A stretch of 61,717 bases of DNA, the filler included, from Nemertoderma westbladi (Eukaryota; Animalia; Xenacoelomorpha), in NCBI GenBank assembly GCA_032718475.1. It is 3 parts of 3 records of this genome, joined end to end, with 100 filler letters (N's around TTAATTAATTAA, not from the genome) between each part and the next. Parts side by side here need not be neighbours in the genome. Positions count along the whole stretch, not along the records: positions 49,578 to 61,717 come from JAUCBJ010003674.1; 2 more parts are not named here. One strand, given 5' to 3'. This document shows positions 59,300-61,717 of this stretch, in pieces. Both the position numbers and the translations under genes were made by a program. Position 1 is the stretch's first letter; each line of letters starts with the position of its first letter. The notes below the pieces were generated by a model. That model was not told where the DNA came from, searched no databases, and saw nothing but the letters and a program-made list of their open reading frames with translations.

Positions 59300-61717
59300 A
59301 AATATCGATGAAAATGTGAAGTCTGGCACAAGTCTACATTACCACCTTGATGCGATATGGACAAATCCTCAAAAAAATTGTATTTTGAATTATCTTCGCT
59401 CAGTCGGGTTGATGTCTGTCGGGTCAGTGAGGGAATGCAGCTTCCATCTGGTTTCGAGTCCCTTTCAGACTCCTACTACGCCAGCAAGAACACCGCTCAG
59501 GCGTTTGTTCCTTTGCACTAGGCTAGGCCTAGGCGAGGCTGTCAGGATCTCTACCTGAAGCCAAATACTTGATATCTTGGAAATGGAAATCCGACATTTT
59601 GACAGTCAGCTATCCGGAAAAACAGCCCATGCCTATCAGTCCTATTTTGATACCTTTTGTTGCCCATAGCAACATTTACTCATTTATCCCTCTTGTCCCC
59701 CTTGCGTCATTCACTCCCTACGTTATATCTACGTTCATGAGATCTCATTTCAACCTCCTGGATGAACCCTACTGTTCTGCTTCTGTCTTCCGAATGGGTT
59801 CGACATTCCTTCTTTTTTTGCCAATTATGGCGTGACCGCCTTATCCCCTACATGGTTGTACGGCCTCGTAGATATTCGCTGATCCTCTATTCTCTTCCGT
59901 CATTGGGAGTCTTGGTTCACTTAACTCACTGTGTGCACCCCCCACCGACATCTGTGGGGCATTTGGTGCCCCCCCCCCCCCCCCCCCCCTCTCATCATTA
60001 ACTAGTTGCGGTAGGATGGGCGTAGCCTCCCCTTCCCCCCCCCCCCCCCCCCTCCCACCTATCACTTCTAATTACGTCCCCATTATCTCTAGGTTGATTC
60101 GCCTGCGTCCCCGTCTGCGTTTCCGCATGGTCTTGTAGGCCCCCGCTGGGCGAATCATTTACTCTGTTATTATTTGTATTAATTATACCGTTATTTACCA
60201 TACTATTATTTTGTTCAACGTTATTATTTATATTTTTATTTAAATTATTTTGTTCGCCACTACCTTCTATATTATTTCAGGTATTTATTATACACATATA
60301 TGCATTATTTATTAAAACACTTTCCTGTAAGAAAAGTACCTTTGTTAGTATTAGGATTATCAAGTACGGTATCATTAATATTAATGTTATCATTAAATGT
60401 AATGTCATTACGTTAACTCGCTCTCTACGGTCGTCTGCCTCTCTCTCAGCCTGCTCTTCATGCTCGTCTGCTTCTCTCTCAACCCTTTTTGCTTCCCTCG
60501 CAGCTAGCTCTTTACGCTCGTTCACCTCTCTATCAACCCTTCCTGCTTCCCTTACAGCATGTTCTTCTTCTCTCACAGCCCTCTCTCTATACTCTTTCTC
60601 CACCTTCTCTATAGTTTCTCGCCACCTTCTCGGCCCTCTCCTTACTCTCTCTCGCTAACTCCCTTTCCCTTTCTAGCAATACAGTTCCCTCCTCTAACTG
60701 CCTCTCTATCACCCTTCTTGCTTTCGTGGAGGATGTTGCAGACTTTTCGGTTGCGATGGACTCCTGTCGCATACTGGCTCTACTAATTTTGCCCTATTTA
60801 CTCATGGTGGTCTCAGTTCTACTGACGGACAACACCGCATCCTCCGGGTTTACCTCGGGCTCGGTGTCGTTTGAACCCGCCCATCCCACTAGTTTAATTC
60901 CCTGTGTATCGATCAGATAGGGCCCGACGTACACTCTATCGAATGCTACTGTCAACGATTGCCACAATTCAAACCGTTCTGCAGCGACCTCTCTTGCGCT
61001 CTCGTTAGCTAACTCACCCTGCCCAAAACGGGCTAAATAGTGAAAGTGTTTATCTGACTCACCGAGTTGTCGATTTAACTTATCTTGGTTCACCCTTCCG
61101 TCTCTCTTGGCATCCCTTGAGGATCCTTCGGGTGGCATTGTAGCCCCGTCGTAGACTATCGCTTATCATGACATCTTCCTCTTGGTTTTCTTCTCCTCGT
61201 CTCGTTCAGCATCCTACCGTCGGTAGCCCGCCTGTCGCCGTTCTGGTGGGCCACTCGCCACCTCTGGCTACTGGTTGGCTGATGGCACCATTACTCTCCT
61301 CGCCACTGCTCCTGCATGTCGACTCGTGTCCTCCTTCCTCCTATACCCATCCGCTTTCTGCCCCTCGAACCGAATAACCATCATCTGACAGCGGATCCGG
61401 TGTAGCAGGCCGGTACTGCTGAGTTGCCACCTCCCGGAGCATTGTGTCTCTCTCTCTCTCAGGGTGTGCGGCAGACTCCCACCACCCTCCGAACTCTGGG
61501 GCATCTCACGTGCTTCGCTCATCGTTGGTGTGTTGGTGTGTCGTCGTCGGCATCACTTGTATGCAGTTCGTTGATTTTTCCACTGTGATGGGACCCGAGT
61601 TGGCGTTTTGGGTCTGACCAGGGTAAATCTCTATCATAGCTGAAGGTCCTGTGCATCGCCGAGTTGATAATAACTGAAAGGTTATAGTGCCGGGTAAAAC
61701 AGAGTTTGATGTTAATA
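59300..61717 (-). other. Decayed coding-like tract (charged coiled-coil and low-complexity segments), possibly a retroelement relic
   Basis: Broken ORFs with E/R-rich repeats (EREADE, EKEYRERAVREEE), a higher-GC region and poly-C runs; no diagnostic motif found. Confidence 0.25.

Overview
This is repeat-rich animal (invertebrate-like) genomic DNA, not prokaryotic. It consists of three assembled segments (1-29947, 30048-49477, 49578-61717) joined by artificial 100-nt spacers (N44-TTAATTAATTAA-N44). Host-type genes: an intronless GABPA/Ets97D-like ETS factor, a two-exon His/Asp-rich protein with a signal peptide, one ankyrin (ANK-family) exon, and an intronless F-box/LRR-type gene. Mobile DNA dominates: the 3' half of a BEL/Pao LTR retrotransposon with its 3' LTR, several LINEs (CR1-, RTE- and L2-like), tRNA-derived SINEs, a pogo-type transposase relic, nested hAT-type MITEs and several satellites. 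The most notable element is the end of an endogenous Polinton/Maverick (adintovirus-like) virus: a basic core-like ORF, an open major capsid ORF, an adenain-type protease with its catalytic motifs, and an AGTAGT-ended terminal inverted repeat. A second related TIR lies 5.7 kb away, followed by an array of CTCF-like sites. Other highlights are a 3.3-kb satellite that appears to have arisen by fold-back inside a SINE and an RTE-type LINE with a twin-priming-style 5' inversion. All protein-family calls come from motifs recognised by eye; no database searches were run.
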